From the NCBI GenBank assembly GCA_030550395.1, contig JAUQPL010000006.1, positions 4,624 through 68,623 of the forward strand: DNA of 64,000 nucleotides. The letters run 5' to 3'. Source of the DNA: Bacteroidota bacterium. Its GTDB lineage: Bacteria > Bacteroidota > Ignavibacteria > Kapaibacteriales > HRBIN21. The notes under the pieces are model-generated. The model searched no databases. It worked only from the letters and a program-made list of their open reading frames with translations, and was not told where the DNA came from. The position numbers were made by a program, and so were the translations under genes. Numbering within the stretch: position 1 is the stretch's first letter; each line of letters starts with the position of its first letter. This document shows, in pieces, positions 46,524 to 56,429 of the stretch.

Positions 46524-47792
46524 ATGGAGCTACAACTCAGTCCAGCCCTTGTTGACCGTCTCCTGCAGGTAGTGCAGCAAGGAGGGGGTGCAAATGATGA
46601 GCAAACGATAGCACGCCGGCTCGGTGTTTCTTCCCGAACGCTTCAGCGCTGGCGGCAGATGGGGAGATTCCCACTCAAGCTGTTTGTGGAACGCTTCCCC
46701 GAGCTTCCGTGGATTCAGCTGGTAGGAGAGGAAGTGCTTTCTCTCCTGGTACCACGGACCCTGCTGCCTGGCTGGCGTCCAACGCCAGAAATGCCGGACT
46801 TGGATGCCCCAATTCCTCCGATCCGAGCTTCTCATGCTCTCACCGATACTGAGCGACGTCGCCTCTTGGAGTGGATGCTCTGGGCGCGAGAGTTCGATTT
46901 GGCCTTCATCCGCCTCTACCGACAGGGACGTGCTGTCGGTGGAGTCTTTGCGCAGATAGGAAATGAGGCGGTCTCGGTCGGGACAGCTTTTGCTTTACGT
47001 CCCGAAGACGCTATCTTCCCTATGCATCGGGATATCGGCGTCCACTTTGTCCGGGGGCAAGAGCTGCAGGCTTTGATCGCAACGCATCTGGGGCGCCAGG
47101 GGAGTCTGACCCGCGGAACAGACGGCACCGTGCACTATGCCGATCCGGAGCGTCGGATCTATGGCAATATCTCGCATCTTGGAGCAATGTTGCCCGTTGC
47201 CGTTGGATATGCTCTGGCGGCTCGCCTCAAGGGTGAGCAGACGGTTGTGTTGACTTACATTGGTGATGGTGGAGCCCAAACGGGAGAGTTCCATGAAGCG
47301 GTCAATTTCGCTGCAGTCCAACGACTGCCAGTGGTGTTTGTGATTGAGAACAATCAGTACGCTTACTCTACCCCAAACCGTTCCGAATACGCATCCACTT
47401 TCCTGGCTGACCGTGCGCCGGGCTATGGATGCTTCGGCGAAGTTGTGGATGGAACAGATGTGGAATTGGTCTATGATGCTTGCCGCCGTGCGGTTGAGCG
47501 TGCTCGCCGAGGGGAGGGACCCACGCTATTGGAGACAATCACCTTCCGTACGCGCGGGCACGCAGAGCATGACGATGCCTCCTATGTCCCAGAGCCTATT
47601 CGCCGGTATTGGAGTGCACGCGATCCTGTGGAGCGCTATCTCACCTTTATCCACGAGCGAGGTATCCTAACTTCGGAGCAGACGGCAGCTCTGCGTGAAA
47701 ACATTCAGCTTCAACTCCGGACGGCTCTTGAAGAAGTCCTCCAACGTCCTTTCCCAGCCCCTGAGGAAGCTTTTCGGAATGTGTTCCTCTAA
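46524..47792 (+). CDS. thiamine-diphosphate-dependent 2-oxoacid dehydrogenase E1 alpha subunit with an about 90-aa N-terminal extension containing an HTH-like segment
   Basis: TPP-binding ...YIGDGGAQTGEFHEAVNFAAVQRLPVVFVIENNQYAYSTP... The N-terminal extension ...TIARRLGVSSRTLQRWRQMG... looks like a helix-turn-helix. No E1 beta gene follows. Alternative start at 46791. Confidence 0.7.
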   Translation: MELQLSPALVDRLLQVVQQGGGANDEQTIARRLGVSSRTLQRWRQMGRFPLKLFVERFPELPWIQLVGEEVLSLLVPRTLLPGWRPTPEMPDLDAPIPPIRASHALTDTERRRLLEWMLWAREFDLAFIRLYRQGRAVGGVFAQIGNEAVSVGTAFALRPEDAIFPMHRDIGVHFVRGQELQALIATHLGRQGSLTRGTDGTVHYADPERRIYGNISHLGAMLPVAVGYALAARLKGEQTVVLTYIGDGGAQTGEFHEAVNFAAVQRLPVVFVIENNQYAYSTPNRSEYASTFLADRAPGYGCFGEVVDGTDVELVYDACRRAVERARRGEGPTLLETITFRTRGHAEHDDASYVPEPIRRYWSARDPVERYLTFIHERGILTSEQTAALRENIQLQLRTALEEVLQRPFPAPEEAFRNVFL

Positions 47793-47877
47793 AGCAACTG
47801 CAAGATGGGGCAGGAAGCTTTTTCGTAGCTTTGCGCATTGGGATAGGTCCGTTGTGAGTAAGGCCAGAAGGATACCG

Positions 47878-48993
47878 ATGGCAGAAGAGCGTTCGTATAG
47901 TCCGGGCTTGGAAGGGGTCATTGCAGCAGAGACACGGATTTCGTTTCTGGATACGGAGCAGGAAGAGATTGTGGTTCGTGGTTACAACCTTTTAGAACTC
48001 ATTCGCCGTGTCCAGTATGTTGACGTAGTCGGGCTTCTGCTGGACGAGCGATTGCCCGATGCGGGACGGCGAGAAGAATTAGAGCAGGAGATGGTCAATG
48101 CGCAGGTGCCGGAGATAGTTTACGAAATTCTATGGCGGCTTCCTGCCCAGATGCATGCTATGGACCGACTGCGGACGGCGGTGTCAACATTGGCGGGATT
48201 TGACCCTGAGGCAAACAGCGCTGACCCAGACTCCGAACGGCGGAGAGCCCCGCGCATAATTGGACAGATTGCTCAAATTGTGGCAAACCTGCATCGGATT
48301 GCTCAAGGTGACAGACCGCAACACTTTGAGTCCAACCGAGGATTTGCCGAAAACTTCCTCCGTACGATTGTCGCTCGTGAAGTCACGCCTGCTGAAATAC
48401 GGGCATTTGAGCAGAGCCTGATTGCCTATAGCGAGCATGAATTGCCGAATTCAACGTTTGCTGCGCGCGTGGTTGCCTCCACGCTATCGGATGCCTATGG
48501 TGCACTGACGGCCGCCGTTGCATCCTTGAAGGGGCCTCTCCATGGTGGGGCAAATGAAGCGGTCATCTACCTGCTGTTGGAGGCGAGGACAGCCGATGGC
48601 TTAGAAGCTCTCATCCGCCAAAAGCTAGCACGCAAGGAGCGCATTATGGGATTTGGCCATCGGGTCTACATGCGCCGCATGGATCCCCGAGCTCAACTTC
48701 TCAAGGAGACATTGCATGAGCTGATAGCGGCAAAGGGAACGGGCTCCGAGTTGGCCGCCATGTGCCAGCGGGGCGAAGATGTGATGCGAACGGAAAAGGG
48801 GCTGTATCCGAATCTGGATTATTACGCTGCACCGGTTTATTACCTACTGGGCATCCCGATAGAGCTTTATACGCCGATCTTCTTTGCTGCCCGCAGTGCC
48901 GGGCTATTGGCGCACATTATTGAGCAGCACCGAGAAAACCGCCTTTACCGGCCACGTGTTCTGTACACAGGTCCACGGGGACTCCACGTGTAA
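47878..48993 (+). CDS. prpC: citrate synthase family, 2-methylcitrate synthase-like
   Basis: Active-site ...MGFGHRVYM...; about 371 aa from the ATG at 47878 (AAGGA SD). Directly upstream of prpD and prpB. Confidence 0.8.
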   Translation: MAEERSYSPGLEGVIAAETRISFLDTEQEEIVVRGYNLLELIRRVQYVDVVGLLLDERLPDAGRREELEQEMVNAQVPEIVYEILWRLPAQMHAMDRLRTAVSTLAGFDPEANSADPDSERRRAPRIIGQIAQIVANLHRIAQGDRPQHFESNRGFAENFLRTIVAREVTPAEIRAFEQSLIAYSEHELPNSTFAARVVASTLSDAYGALTAAVASLKGPLHGGANEAVIYLLLEARTADGLEALIRQKLARKERIMGFGHRVYMRRMDPRAQLLKETLHELIAAKGTGSELAAMCQRGEDVMRTEKGLYPNLDYYAAPVYYLLGIPIELYTPIFFAARSAGLLAHIIEQHRENRLYRPRVLYTGPRGLHV

Positions 48994-49010
48994 GTTGGTT
49001 GGGATGACAG

Positions 49011-50447
49011 ATGGCGTTGGAGTACGACGGCGTGTTGCAGGAGATTGCCGACTATGTTCTTTCAGCGCGCATTGAGAACACGGAAGCCTATGAAACGGCG
49101 CGCTTGGCATTGATGGACGCCTTATCCTGTGCTTTCCTTGCATTGCAGAAGCCGGAATGTACGAAGTTGATTGGTCCGTTGATTCCGGGGACCCACGTGC
49201 CTTACGGGGTTCGCATACCAGGGACAGCCCATGTTGTAGACCCTGTGCAGGGGGCTTTCTCTATCACGGCATTGATTCGGTGGCTGGATTACAACGACAC
49301 CTGGTTAGCACTTGAGTGGGGGCATCCATCGGATAATTTCGGGGCGTTGCTGGCTGTGGCGGATTACCAGTCCCAGCGTCGCCGTGCATATGGGGAGCCC
49401 TGCTATCGGGTTCATGACCTGTTGGCGGCAGCCATCAAAGTGTACGAAATCCAAGGGGTGCTGGCGCTAGGCGTCAGCCTTAATCGGTGGGGATTTGATC
49501 ACGTGCATTTCGTCAAAATCGCCTCTGCTGCTCTGGCCACGCAGCTCCTCGGTGGTGGGCGGGAGGAGATACTGAGTGCACTTTCTAATGCTTTCGTGGA
49601 TGGGGCAGCGTTGCGGACGTATCGGCATTTTCCTAATACAGGACCGCGTAAATCTTGGGCTGCTGCCGATGCCGTTGGTCGGGCTGTCCGCCTGGCGTTT
49701 CTGGCTATGGCAGGGGAGCCAGGGTATCCTACGGCGTTGAGCGCCCCGCGGTGGGGCTTTGAGGAGGTCGTTTTAAGAGGCGAACCAGTGCGCCTGGTGC
49801 GACCGTTGGGGAGCTATGTTATGGAGCACATCCTCTTCAAGGTAGCTTACCCGGCGGAGTTCCACGGGCAGACAGCTGTGGAGGCGGCTTTGCGAATCTA
49901 TCCCCTGGTACGAGAACGGTATGATGAGATAGAGCGCATTGTCATTGAGACTCAGGAGTCGGCTATTCGTATCATTGATAAGCCAGGACCTTTCCGGAAT
50001 CCGGCAGACCGTGACCATTCGCTACAGTACATGACGGCAGTCGCATTGCTCTATGGCGAGTTGACCTATGCTCATTATGAGGAACCGATTGCCTCAGATC
50101 CCCGGATTCCCCAGTTGATTGCTCGCATGCAGGTTCGGGAGAATCCCGACTTTAGCCGGGACTATCTAGACCCAGATAAGCGCTCCATTGCAAACGCCGT
50201 GCAAGTGTTTTTCCGTGATGGCACAGCCAGTGATCGGGTGCTTGTGGAATATCCTCTCGGCCATCGTCGGCGTCGGGAAGAGGCACGACCGTTACTGCGG
50301 GAAAAGTTCTGGAATGCTCTCTGCGGAGTGTTCCCAGAGCGGAAAGCGGAGAAGCTCTTTCACCTGGTAGCAGAGGATGAGGCTTTCTGGGAGATGCCTG
50401 TGGACCGTTTTGTGGAAGCGTTTGTTCATCCGAGTGGAATGCTGTAA
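49011..50447 (+). CDS. prpD: 2-methylcitrate dehydratase (MmgE/PrpD family)
   Basis: The N-terminus ...IADYVLSARIENTEAYETARLALMDALSCAF... and a length of 478 aa are typical of PrpD. Confidence 0.85.
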   Translation: MALEYDGVLQEIADYVLSARIENTEAYETARLALMDALSCAFLALQKPECTKLIGPLIPGTHVPYGVRIPGTAHVVDPVQGAFSITALIRWLDYNDTWLALEWGHPSDNFGALLAVADYQSQRRRAYGEPCYRVHDLLAAAIKVYEIQGVLALGVSLNRWGFDHVHFVKIASAALATQLLGGGREEILSALSNAFVDGAALRTYRHFPNTGPRKSWAAADAVGRAVRLAFLAMAGEPGYPTALSAPRWGFEEVVLRGEPVRLVRPLGSYVMEHILFKVAYPAEFHGQTAVEAALRIYPLVRERYDEIERIVIETQESAIRIIDKPGPFRNPADRDHSLQYMTAVALLYGELTYAHYEEPIASDPRIPQLIARMQVRENPDFSRDYLDPDKRSIANAVQVFFRDGTASDRVLVEYPLGHRRRREEARPLLREKFWNALCGVFPERKAEKLFHLVAEDEAFWEMPVDRFVEAFVHPSGML

Positions 50448-51367
50448 TGGGGTGGCTTTTGGAATCACCGCCGGTGCAATCGGAGTTATCGGAGCGCTTC
50501 CGGCAGCGGGTTCATCGTGGGCGTCTGCTCCTGCCGGGAGCCCATGATCCTTTGGCGGCTCTTTTAGCGCGGAAGGCGGGATTTGAGGCATTGTATCTTT
50601 CCGGGGCTGCTTTTTCCGCTAGTATGGGGATGCCGGATATAGGGTTGTTCAGCATGGATGAACTCGTTGCGCGAGCTCGTGCCCTGGTTCGGGTCGCTCA
50701 GCTACCGCTGCTGGTGGACGCCGATACGGGTTTTGGGGAAGTTATCAATGTCGTGCGGTTGGGGCGGGAACTTGTAGAAGCTGGTGTTGCGGCTGTGCAG
50801 GTGGAGGACCAGGAGATGCCCAAACGGTGTGGGCATCTTTCGGGCAAGCGCCTGGCTCCTCCTGAGGTCCTTGCTGAGAAAGTGTATGCTCTCAAGCGCC
50901 TCTTCCCGACTCTGATCGTTGTAGCTCGGACCGATGCCCGGGAGAGCGAGGGGATTGAGGGAGTCATTGAGCGTGCGCGGCTCTATGTCGAGGCGGGAGC
51001 GGATATTATTTTCCCTGAAGCACTGGAAAGTTTGGAGGAATTCCAGGCTGTGCGGGAGGCTCTTTCAGTTCCTTTGCTGGCAAACTTGACAGAGTTTGGG
51101 AAGACGCCCCTTTTCAGCGCTGAGGCGATTTTTGCCCTTGGCTATGAAATTGCCCTTTTTCCAGTATCTGCCCTGCGGGTTGCAGCGAAAGCCATGGAGG
51201 AGTTTTACGAGCACCTTTCCCGTCACGGTTCCAGCCAAGAGTATCTATCCCGCATGCAGACGCGGGCAGAGCTCTATGCTCTGATCCGTTACCGTGACTA
51301 TGAGTACTTTGACCATGAAGTCGCCCGCCGACTCTCTGTCGAAGGCCCGGGGCAGGCTCGAGGGTAA
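50447..51367 (+). CDS. prpB: methylisocitrate lyase (ICL/PEP mutase superfamily)
   Basis: ...QVEDQEMPKRCGHLSGKRLAP... is the catalytic loop signature (KxCGH); about 306 aa. Confidence 0.85.
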   Translation: MGWLLESPPVQSELSERFRQRVHRGRLLLPGAHDPLAALLARKAGFEALYLSGAAFSASMGMPDIGLFSMDELVARARALVRVAQLPLLVDADTGFGEVINVVRLGRELVEAGVAAVQVEDQEMPKRCGHLSGKRLAPPEVLAEKVYALKRLFPTLIVVARTDARESEGIEGVIERARLYVEAGADIIFPEALESLEEFQAVREALSVPLLANLTEFGKTPLFSAEAIFALGYEIALFPVSALRVAAKAMEEFYEHLSRHGSSQEYLSRMQTRAELYALIRYRDYEYFDHEVARRLSVEGPGQARG

Positions 51368-51421
51368 CGGATTTCTGTTATATTGCGTTTCCGAAGAGGC
51401 GTGTATGCTTGAGGGCAAGTG

Positions 51422-52762
51422 ATGTGGCTGTGGTGGTGGGGAGTGTTGGGCGCTGGAGTGGTACCTGTCATTGCGCAGACGTGGAGCCCGGTAACAGGGG
51501 TTGAGCCTTTCGTCCACCGCATTGTCTGCCCTGTAGAGCGTCCGGAGATGGTCATTGTGTGCGCGGATTCTGTGCCGCCAGTTGCGGAGGTGTGGCGAAG
51601 CAATATTCAATTCTACGGGGGTCATGGCTTCCGCATCAGCACTGATAGTGGGCAGACGTTTGGTCAGCCTCGGTTAGTGGGGGTTTCCGTCCGGGATATT
51701 TTCATTCTGCCTGATCAGCCGCAGACATGGCTAGCAGCGGTTGCGGAGTTTGCCACCGGTGGTGTAGTGCTCTCTACCGACGGCGGGCAGACGTGGCAGT
51801 GGACGGAGAGACCACGATGCCAGGCCTATGTCGTGCGGATACAGATGCGTTCGGGAACGCCCCCGACCTTTTTCGCCTCCGTTATCAATACGAACCAGGG
51901 GTATCGGAGGTCACAGGATACATTCGCTACCTGCTCTGGGGATTTGAGCTTCCCTGTTCAGTCGCGTGATATTGCTGTCACCGATAGCGCTGTGTTTTTA
52001 GCAGCGGATGGCTATCTGGCAGGCGGTGTATGGCGTTCTACGGACGATGGGCATACGTGGCAAAAAGATTCGCTGGGGCTTGGCAATTTGCGAGTTTGGT
52101 GTGTTGTGCCTTCCCGCCATCAGCCAGGGGTAGTGCTCTGTGGGGCCGATTCCCTTCTGTCAGAAACCCAGAGTGTTGGACGGGGAATCTACCGTTCGGA
52201 GGATGGGGGAAAGACCTGGCGTTTGGTAGGGGCGCCGGGAGTCCGCATTACCGCTATTGCTGAGCATCCGTTGGATCCGCGGTATTGGATTGCTGCGGGT
52301 GATACAACTGGTGTGTGGGTGAGCGGAACATACGGTGAGGCGTGGGAACTTCATGCCGATGGACTTCCGGCAGGTGTTCCCGTTCGGACAGTTGCTCTTC
52401 CTCCGTGGGATACCCGGCATGGTGTCATTGCTTTTGCTGGGTTAACTGGTGCGGGGCTTTATCGTTCCCGACCAATAGTGACTTCTGTCCCTATGGCGCC
52501 AACGACACTATCGGTGGCGGTCAGGATCCTGCAGTCTGACCAGCTGTTGCTAATGTACAGCTTATCCGAAAGCGGTGCTGTGCAGTGGGAGTTGGTAGAC
52601 GTTGTAGGGCGGCAAGTGGCATCGCATCAGGTAGCGTGGCAACCAGCAGGACGGCATCACCTCCAGTGGTTGTTGCCCCATCGGCTTTCTCCAGGGTGGT
52701 ATGCAGTGCGCATGAAGACTGCGGGGAGGCATGTTGTGACAACAGTGGTATTGCTTCCGTAG
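51422..52762 (+). CDS. BNR/Asp-box (Ycf48/sortilin-like beta-propeller) protein with T9SS C-terminal sorting domain
   Basis: Asp-box-like STDSGQTFGQ, STDGGQTWQW, STDDGHTWQK and SEDGGKTWRL, plus a CTD ...SPGWYAVRMKTAGRHVVTTVVLLP. The first ATG is at 51422, with a signal peptide and a GAGGG SD. Confidence 0.7.
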   Translation: MWLWWWGVLGAGVVPVIAQTWSPVTGVEPFVHRIVCPVERPEMVIVCADSVPPVAEVWRSNIQFYGGHGFRISTDSGQTFGQPRLVGVSVRDIFILPDQPQTWLAAVAEFATGGVVLSTDGGQTWQWTERPRCQAYVVRIQMRSGTPPTFFASVINTNQGYRRSQDTFATCSGDLSFPVQSRDIAVTDSAVFLAADGYLAGGVWRSTDDGHTWQKDSLGLGNLRVWCVVPSRHQPGVVLCGADSLLSETQSVGRGIYRSEDGGKTWRLVGAPGVRITAIAEHPLDPRYWIAAGDTTGVWVSGTYGEAWELHADGLPAGVPVRTVALPPWDTRHGVIAFAGLTGAGLYRSRPIVTSVPMAPTTLSVAVRILQSDQLLLMYSLSESGAVQWELVDVVGRQVASHQVAWQPAGRHHLQWLLPHRLSPGWYAVRMKTAGRHVVTTVVLLP

Positions 52763-52780
52763 CGCAGCGGCGGATGTAGG

Positions 52781-52801
52781 ACCCCGGCGAAGGGTCGGGG
52801 T
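52781..52801 (+). terminator. short GC hairpin (ACCCCG-N9-CGGGGT) 19 nt after the stop of the BNR/T9SS gene; no U-tract
   Basis: Inverted repeat read directly from the sequence. Confidence 0.25.
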
Positions 52802-52843
52802 TATGGAAAGATATGTGCAACAGCAATTGCAGAGGAGACGACC

Positions 52844-53536
52844 ATGACGGAAATGCAACCCACTCCAGAGCAGTCCGGGATGGCACAACCATCCACTACC
52901 CCAGCTATACCTGAGGTGCTCAGCTTTGGAGACATCCTCTCGTACTCCTTCCGCTGGGGATTCGGACAGTACTTCCGCATCTTTCTCATGTACGCGTTGT
53001 GGGTGCTGACGCTGTGGATTCCCTACGTTAATGTCGGAACCACGATTGCAGTCACCGCGGGAGCCGCGATTCTGCTGAGTCGTCAACAGCGGATTGACCC
53101 AACCTTTATCTTTGACCGCCGCTACCGTCAGGTCATGGCAGATTGGTTCATATTGTCATCGCTCATTGGGGGTGGTGTCTTGCTGGGCATAGTGTTTCTG
53201 GTCATTCCCGGAATCGTGTTAGCACTTGGGTGGCTCTTGGCGCCTCTGCTGTTGGTTGATCGGGGGACCGCTGTTATGGACTCGCTCCGACAGAGTTGGC
53301 AGGCAACAATGGGGGAGAAGTGGACTCTCTTTTTTGGACTGTTGGCGGTCTACCTACTCTACGCTATCCCAGCTGCTCTTGTCTATGGAATTCTGCAAGC
53401 GATTCTGCCATCAGACTCAAGCGTCACGAATGTTATTCTGGCAATCTATGCCGTCTTGGCCTACGTTGGCTTTGGGGCAGTGGACTTAGGCTATACAGGT
53501 TATGTTTACACCGTCTTGGGGCGGCGCGTAGCCTAA
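52844..53536 (+). CDS. integral membrane protein (DUF975-like)
   Basis: 230 aa with 5-6 predicted TM helices and an AGAGGAG SD. Confidence 0.45.
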   Translation: MTEMQPTPEQSGMAQPSTTPAIPEVLSFGDILSYSFRWGFGQYFRIFLMYALWVLTLWIPYVNVGTTIAVTAGAAILLSRQQRIDPTFIFDRRYRQVMADWFILSSLIGGGVLLGIVFLVIPGIVLALGWLLAPLLLVDRGTAVMDSLRQSWQATMGEKWTLFFGLLAVYLLYAIPAALVYGILQAILPSDSSVTNVILAIYAVLAYVGFGAVDLGYTGYVYTVLGRRVA

Positions 53537-53656
53537 TGCGCAGGGACATAGGGTAGCGGACGGAAGCGCTGGAAAGAGCGCAGAAAGCCGTGATTTTTAC
53601 TAATTTTGCGGTTGACCTTTGCAGCTCAGTACCTGCTGCACTAATAGACGAGCCGA

Positions 53657-55168
53657 ATGCCGCGACCAATCAACGTTCTTTTCGTATCTGCGGAAGTATA
53701 TCCGTTTGCAAAGACAGGGGGGCTGGCGGACGTTTCGTACGGATTGGTGATGGCATTGCGCGAGCGGGGGGTAGATATTCGCGTAATGCTTCCCAAGTAC
53801 GGATGCGTCAGCGAGCGAAAAAATCATATCCACGAAATCCGCCGTCTGCGGACGATAGAGATCCCGATGGGGAATCGTCTGGAGCCGGCAGCAATTAAGT
53901 CCTCTACGCTGCAAAATCCACGAGTTCGGGCGCAGGTCTACGTGACCACGAATTATACCTATTTTGACAGTCGGAAGGGGCTGTATACCGACCCTCAGAC
54001 GGGGAAGCCGTATCCGGACAACGATGAGCGTTTTCTCTTCTTCTGCCGCTCCGTAGTGGAGATGTGCCATTTTCTGCGTTGGTTCCCTGATATCATTCAT
54101 TACAACGACTGGCAGACGGCCACGGTAGGGGTGTATGTCCGAACACTGTATCCGGCGGAGTTCCGGCGGACACGGCTGGTGTTCACCCTCCATACCCTCA
54201 GTGATCAAGGAGTATTCCCACCGGAGACATGGCTCAAGACAGGGTTACCGGCAAATATTGCTGAACGTCTTCTGCACCGTGGTATGGTCAATTTCGTAAA
54301 GGCCGGTATAGAGTTTGCCGATGTAGTAACGACGGTCAGCCCCAGTTACGCCCAAGAGATTCTTATGGAATCCATTGATACTGGCGGAATTGGGGAGCTC
54401 CTTCGGCAGCGCCATCCAGATACCTTTGTGGGTATTCTTAACGGGGTAGACTCCACGGTGTGGAATCCGCAGACGGATCCCTATTTGGACCATCACTACA
54501 ACGCTGAGACAGTTTGGGTAGTGAAGCCGCTAAACAAGCGACAGTTGTTACAGCGTTTTGAGCTCCGCTACGATCCGAAGGTACCAGTTCTCGGCATGAT
54601 TACACGCCTCTACGCAGTCAAAGGGATTGAGCTCTTCCTGGAGGTTGCGCCAACGCTGCTGTCCCGGCGTGATCTCCAGATTGTCTTCCTTGGGGATGGG
54701 GCCCCAGAGTACCGGACAGCGCTGCAGAAGCTCCAGCGGCAGTTCCCACGGCGTTTTGCTCTCTTTTTGGGATTTGATGAAACCCTGGCACATCTGATTG
54801 AGGCAGGGGCGGACATGTTTCTCATGCCCTCGCTCCAAGAGCCGTGCGGACAAAATCAAATGTACTCCATGCTCTATGGTACGGTCCCCATTGTTCGGGC
54901 AACAGGCGGACTGAAGGATACGGTTCGTGATTTTAATCCAGAAACAGGGGAAGGAACCGGCATCGTCTTTGAGGAGGCGACTCCGCAGGCTTTGTTAGCA
55001 GCTATTGAAAGGGCTCTTGAACTATACCGGCAGCCGGAACTATGGCAGAAGCTTGTCGCAAACGGCATGGCGCAGGATTTCTCCTGGAGCCGTTCAGCGC
55101 AACAGTATGTGGAGCTGTACCGTGCTTTGACCAAGGGGAAAGAAGCAGTTCGGGCTGCTGTGCTGTGA
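53657..55168 (+). CDS. glgA: glycogen synthase (ADP-glucose type, GT5)
   Basis: ...INVLFVSAEVYPFAKTGGLADVSYGLVMALRERGVDIRVMLPKYG... is the canonical GlgA N-terminus (KTGGL). Confidence 0.85.
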   Translation: MPRPINVLFVSAEVYPFAKTGGLADVSYGLVMALRERGVDIRVMLPKYGCVSERKNHIHEIRRLRTIEIPMGNRLEPAAIKSSTLQNPRVRAQVYVTTNYTYFDSRKGLYTDPQTGKPYPDNDERFLFFCRSVVEMCHFLRWFPDIIHYNDWQTATVGVYVRTLYPAEFRRTRLVFTLHTLSDQGVFPPETWLKTGLPANIAERLLHRGMVNFVKAGIEFADVVTTVSPSYAQEILMESIDTGGIGELLRQRHPDTFVGILNGVDSTVWNPQTDPYLDHHYNAETVWVVKPLNKRQLLQRFELRYDPKVPVLGMITRLYAVKGIELFLEVAPTLLSRRDLQIVFLGDGAPEYRTALQKLQRQFPRRFALFLGFDETLAHLIEAGADMFLMPSLQEPCGQNQMYSMLYGTVPIVRATGGLKDTVRDFNPETGEGTGIVFEEATPQALLAAIERALELYRQPELWQKLVANGMAQDFSWSRSAQQYVELYRALTKGKEAVRAAVL

Positions 55169-55222
55169 GTGAATTTCCCACACCGAGCGTCTATACGCTG
55201 TGGTAAGAGCACTGGAGGGCTG

Positions 55223-56422
55223 ATGTCTGTCTCCCGATGGGAGGGAATCCAACAGGCGTTGCAGCGGTTTGATATCCCCGCATGGCTTCTGTACGACTTC
55301 CGTGGCTCAAACCCTTTTGCAGCCCACGTCTTGGGGTTGCCATCGAATCTGCATGCCACTCGCCGGTGGGCAGTGCTGATTCCCGCAGAAGGGATGCCGG
55401 AGAAAATTGTCCATCGTATTGAGCCGCATGTCCTGTCCGGAGTAGAGGCGCAGGAACATCGGTACACAACGCACCACGAATGGAGGGCACTCCTGGACCG
55501 GTGGTGTCGGCGATATCGGCGTCTGGCGGTGGAGTACTCCCCGGAAGGGGCTCTCCCCATGGTGTCAGTACTAGATGCCGGAACGGCAGACTTGCTCCGT
55601 TCCCTTGGTGCAGAGCTGCTCTCTTCAGCGGATGTCTTGCAGGAGTTGGTGGCTGTCTATACTCCGGACCAGCTGCGACAGCAGGCACAAACGGCACAGC
55701 AGTTGTACGATATTCTCATGCGAGGTTTGGAATGGTTGCGCGAGCGACTCCTCCAGGGGGAATGTCCCCAGGAGTATGCGCTTCAAGGGTTTCTCGAAGA
55801 GCAGCTTGCAAGGGCGGGTCTGTACACAGAGCACCCCCCTATTGTAGCTCGCACGGAGCGAGCAGCCAATCCGCACTATAGTCCAACACCAAAAGATACA
55901 GCTCCGATCCGTCCTGGTGACCTTGTGCTGGTGGATATATGGGCAAAGCCGCCGGAGCCTTCGGCGTTGTATGCTGATATTACGTGGATGGCGTATGCTG
56001 GTGAGGAAGTTCCCGGGCGGTTTGCCGACATCTTTGCAGTGCTCTGTCAAGCTCGCGACCGAGCAGTTGAGTTGATTCGGGAAGCTTTCCATCAGCAGCG
56101 TCCCCTCGCTGGCTATGAGGTTGACCGATTTGTCCGGACCTTTCTGCAGGCTGCTGGATACGGCGAGCTTTTTCTCCATCGTACGGGCCATAGCCTTGGG
56201 ACGGAAGTCCACGGACCGGGAGCAAATTTGGATGATTACGAAACCCATGATACGCGTCGGCTCCTGCCGGGAACGGCGGTTACCGTTGAGCCAGGGCTGT
56301 ATCAGATGGGCGAATTCGGAATGAGGACGGAGATTGATGTGCAAATCTGGTCTGATGGAACCGTTGTCCTTTGCCCTGTACCGGTTCAGGAGCGGATTAT
56401 CCCCCTTCTTGCTTGGGAGTAA
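55223..56422 (+). CDS. M24 family metallopeptidase (Xaa-Pro aminopeptidase/prolidase-like)
   Basis: ...FLHRTGHSLGTEVHGPGANLD... and ...VTVEPGLYQMGEFGMRTEIDV... are pita-bread fold metal-ligand contexts. The start is refined to the ATG at 55223 with a GGAGG SD. Confidence 0.75.
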   Translation: MSVSRWEGIQQALQRFDIPAWLLYDFRGSNPFAAHVLGLPSNLHATRRWAVLIPAEGMPEKIVHRIEPHVLSGVEAQEHRYTTHHEWRALLDRWCRRYRRLAVEYSPEGALPMVSVLDAGTADLLRSLGAELLSSADVLQELVAVYTPDQLRQQAQTAQQLYDILMRGLEWLRERLLQGECPQEYALQGFLEEQLARAGLYTEHPPIVARTERAANPHYSPTPKDTAPIRPGDLVLVDIWAKPPEPSALYADITWMAYAGEEVPGRFADIFAVLCQARDRAVELIREAFHQQRPLAGYEVDRFVRTFLQAAGYGELFLHRTGHSLGTEVHGPGANLDDYETHDTRRLLPGTAVTVEPGLYQMGEFGMRTEIDVQIWSDGTVVLCPVPVQERIIPLLAWE

Positions 56423-56429
56423 GGCTAAG

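Noticed and set aside
53537-53656. TTGACC ... CTAATA as a sigma-70-like promoter for glgA
   Set aside because: Spacing of about 22 nt is off-consensus, and the FCB group uses a different -33/-7 architecture, so this is not supportable from sequence alone.
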